Part shown: positions 62,801 to 64,000 of the stretch, piece after piece | Numbering within the stretch: position 1 is the first letter of the stretch | Layout: every line of letters starts with the position of its first letter | Source: Eledone cirrhosa | Taxonomy: Eukaryota | DNA length: 64,000 nt | Direction: 5' to 3' | Assembly: GCA_964016885.1 (NCBI GenBank) | Contig: OZ024752.1 | Coordinates: 7,626,001 to 7,690,000 of the forward strand | Notes under the pieces: generated by a model | The model's database searches: none | What the model was told of the DNA's origin: nothing | Seen by the model: only the letters and a program-made list of their open reading frames with translations | Position numbers and translations under genes: made by a program

Positions 62801-64000
62801 GCCATGACAGAGACAACAGCCTGCAGTAAGAGACAGTAATACAGGGAATAACGCCATGACAGAGACAACAACCTGAAGTAAGAGACAGTAATACAGGGAA
62901 TAATGTCATGACAGAGACAACAACCTGAAGTAAGAGACAGTAATACAGGGAATAATGTCATGACAGAGACAACAACCTGAAGTAAGAGACAGTAATACAG
63001 GGAATAATGCCATGACAGAGACAACAACCTGAAGTAAGAGACAGTAATACAGGGAATAATGTCATGACAGAGACAACAACCTGAAGTAAGAGACAGTAAT
63101 ACAGGGAATAACGCCATGACAGAGACAACAGCCTGAAGTAAGAGACAGTAATACAGGGAATAATGTCATGACAGAGACAACAACCTGAAGTAAGAGACAG
63201 TAATACAGGGAATAACGCCATGACAGAGACAACAACCTGAAGTAAGAGACAGTAATACAGGGAATAATGTCATGACAGAGACAACAACCTGAAGTAAGAG
63301 ACAGTAATACAGGGAATAACGCCATGACAGAGACAACAACCTGAAGTAAGAGACAGTAATACAGGGAATAATGTCATGACAGAGACAACAACCTGAAGTA
63401 AGAGACAGTAATACAGGGAATAACACCATGACAGAGACAACAACCTGAAGTAAGAGACAGTAATACAGGGAATAACACCATGACAGAGACAACAACCTGA
63501 AGTAAGAGACAGTAATACAGGGAATAATGTCATGACAGAGACAATAACCTGAAGTAAGAGACAGTAATACAGGGAATAACGCCATGACAGAGACAATAAC
63601 CTGAAGTAAGAGACAGTAATACAGGGAATAACACCATGACAGAGACAACAACCTGAAGTAAGAGACAGTAATACAGGGAATAATGTCATGACAGAGACAA
63701 CAACCTGAAGTAAGAGACAGTAATACAGGGAATAATGTCATGACAGAGACAACAACCTGAAGTAAGAGACAGTAATACAGGGAATAATGTCATGACAGAG
63801 ACAACAACCTGAAGTAAGAGACAGTAATACAGGGAATAATGTCATGACAGAGACAACAACCTGAAGTAAGAGACAGTAATACAGGGAATAACGCCATGAC
63901 AGAGACAATAACCTGAAGTAAGAGACAGTAATACAGGGAATAATGTCATGACAGAGACAACAACCTGAAGTAAGAGACAGTAATACAGGGAATAACACCA
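29773..64000. repeat. 52-bp tandem satellite (~658 copies, continues past the window end) inside a DMC1 intron, derived from the DMC1 splice acceptor/exon start
   Basis: Plus-strand unit ctgaagtaagagacagtaatacagggaataa[tgt/cgc/tgc/cac]catgacagagacaa[c/t]a[a/g]c; period 52 counted directly. The first, partial copy overlaps the exon at 29773-29804. Confidence 0.99.

Noticed and set aside
29942-63998. Hundreds of Cys/Leu-rich minus-strand ORFs ([18 protein letters not shown]...)
   Set aside because: They are the 52-bp unit read through all three frames; their lengths depend only on TGA/TGG variants. No evidence for a real repetitive protein.
29805-64000. Strong donor-like GAA|GTAAGA in every unit on the plus strand
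   Set aside because: It is simply the reverse complement of the acceptor's TCTTACTTC tract; there is no evidence of a plus-strand transcript.

Overview
Repeat-dominated animal genomic window. The (TA)n tracts and RTE/CR1 LINE and SINE-type tails resemble octopus/coleoid DNA, but the taxon is an inference. One real gene is hidden in it: the last four coding exons of the meiotic recombinase DMC1 on the minus strand (29690-29804, 28870-28930, 28567-28683, 26822-26891), all with GT-AG boundaries and a continuous reading frame to the stop. The main observation is the 52-bp satellite filling 29773-64000 (about 658 copies, running off the window). It is a tandem amplification of DMC1's own intron/exon junction: the last ~20 nt of the intron, including the AG acceptor, plus the first ~32 nt of the Walker-B exon. 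This creates a >34-kb intron made of hundreds of near-identical 3' splice sites, of which only the last leads into the correct protein. Also present: a decayed 5'-truncated CR1-group LINE, two inverted RTE 3' fragments, kb-long (TA)n tracts with strand-polarised interruptions, a 98-bp satellite ending at a 200-N gap, a 22-bp minisatellite enclosed in a TIR/TTAA-bounded element, and a 28/32-bp intronic minisatellite. Almost all ORF-track entries are repeat artefacts.
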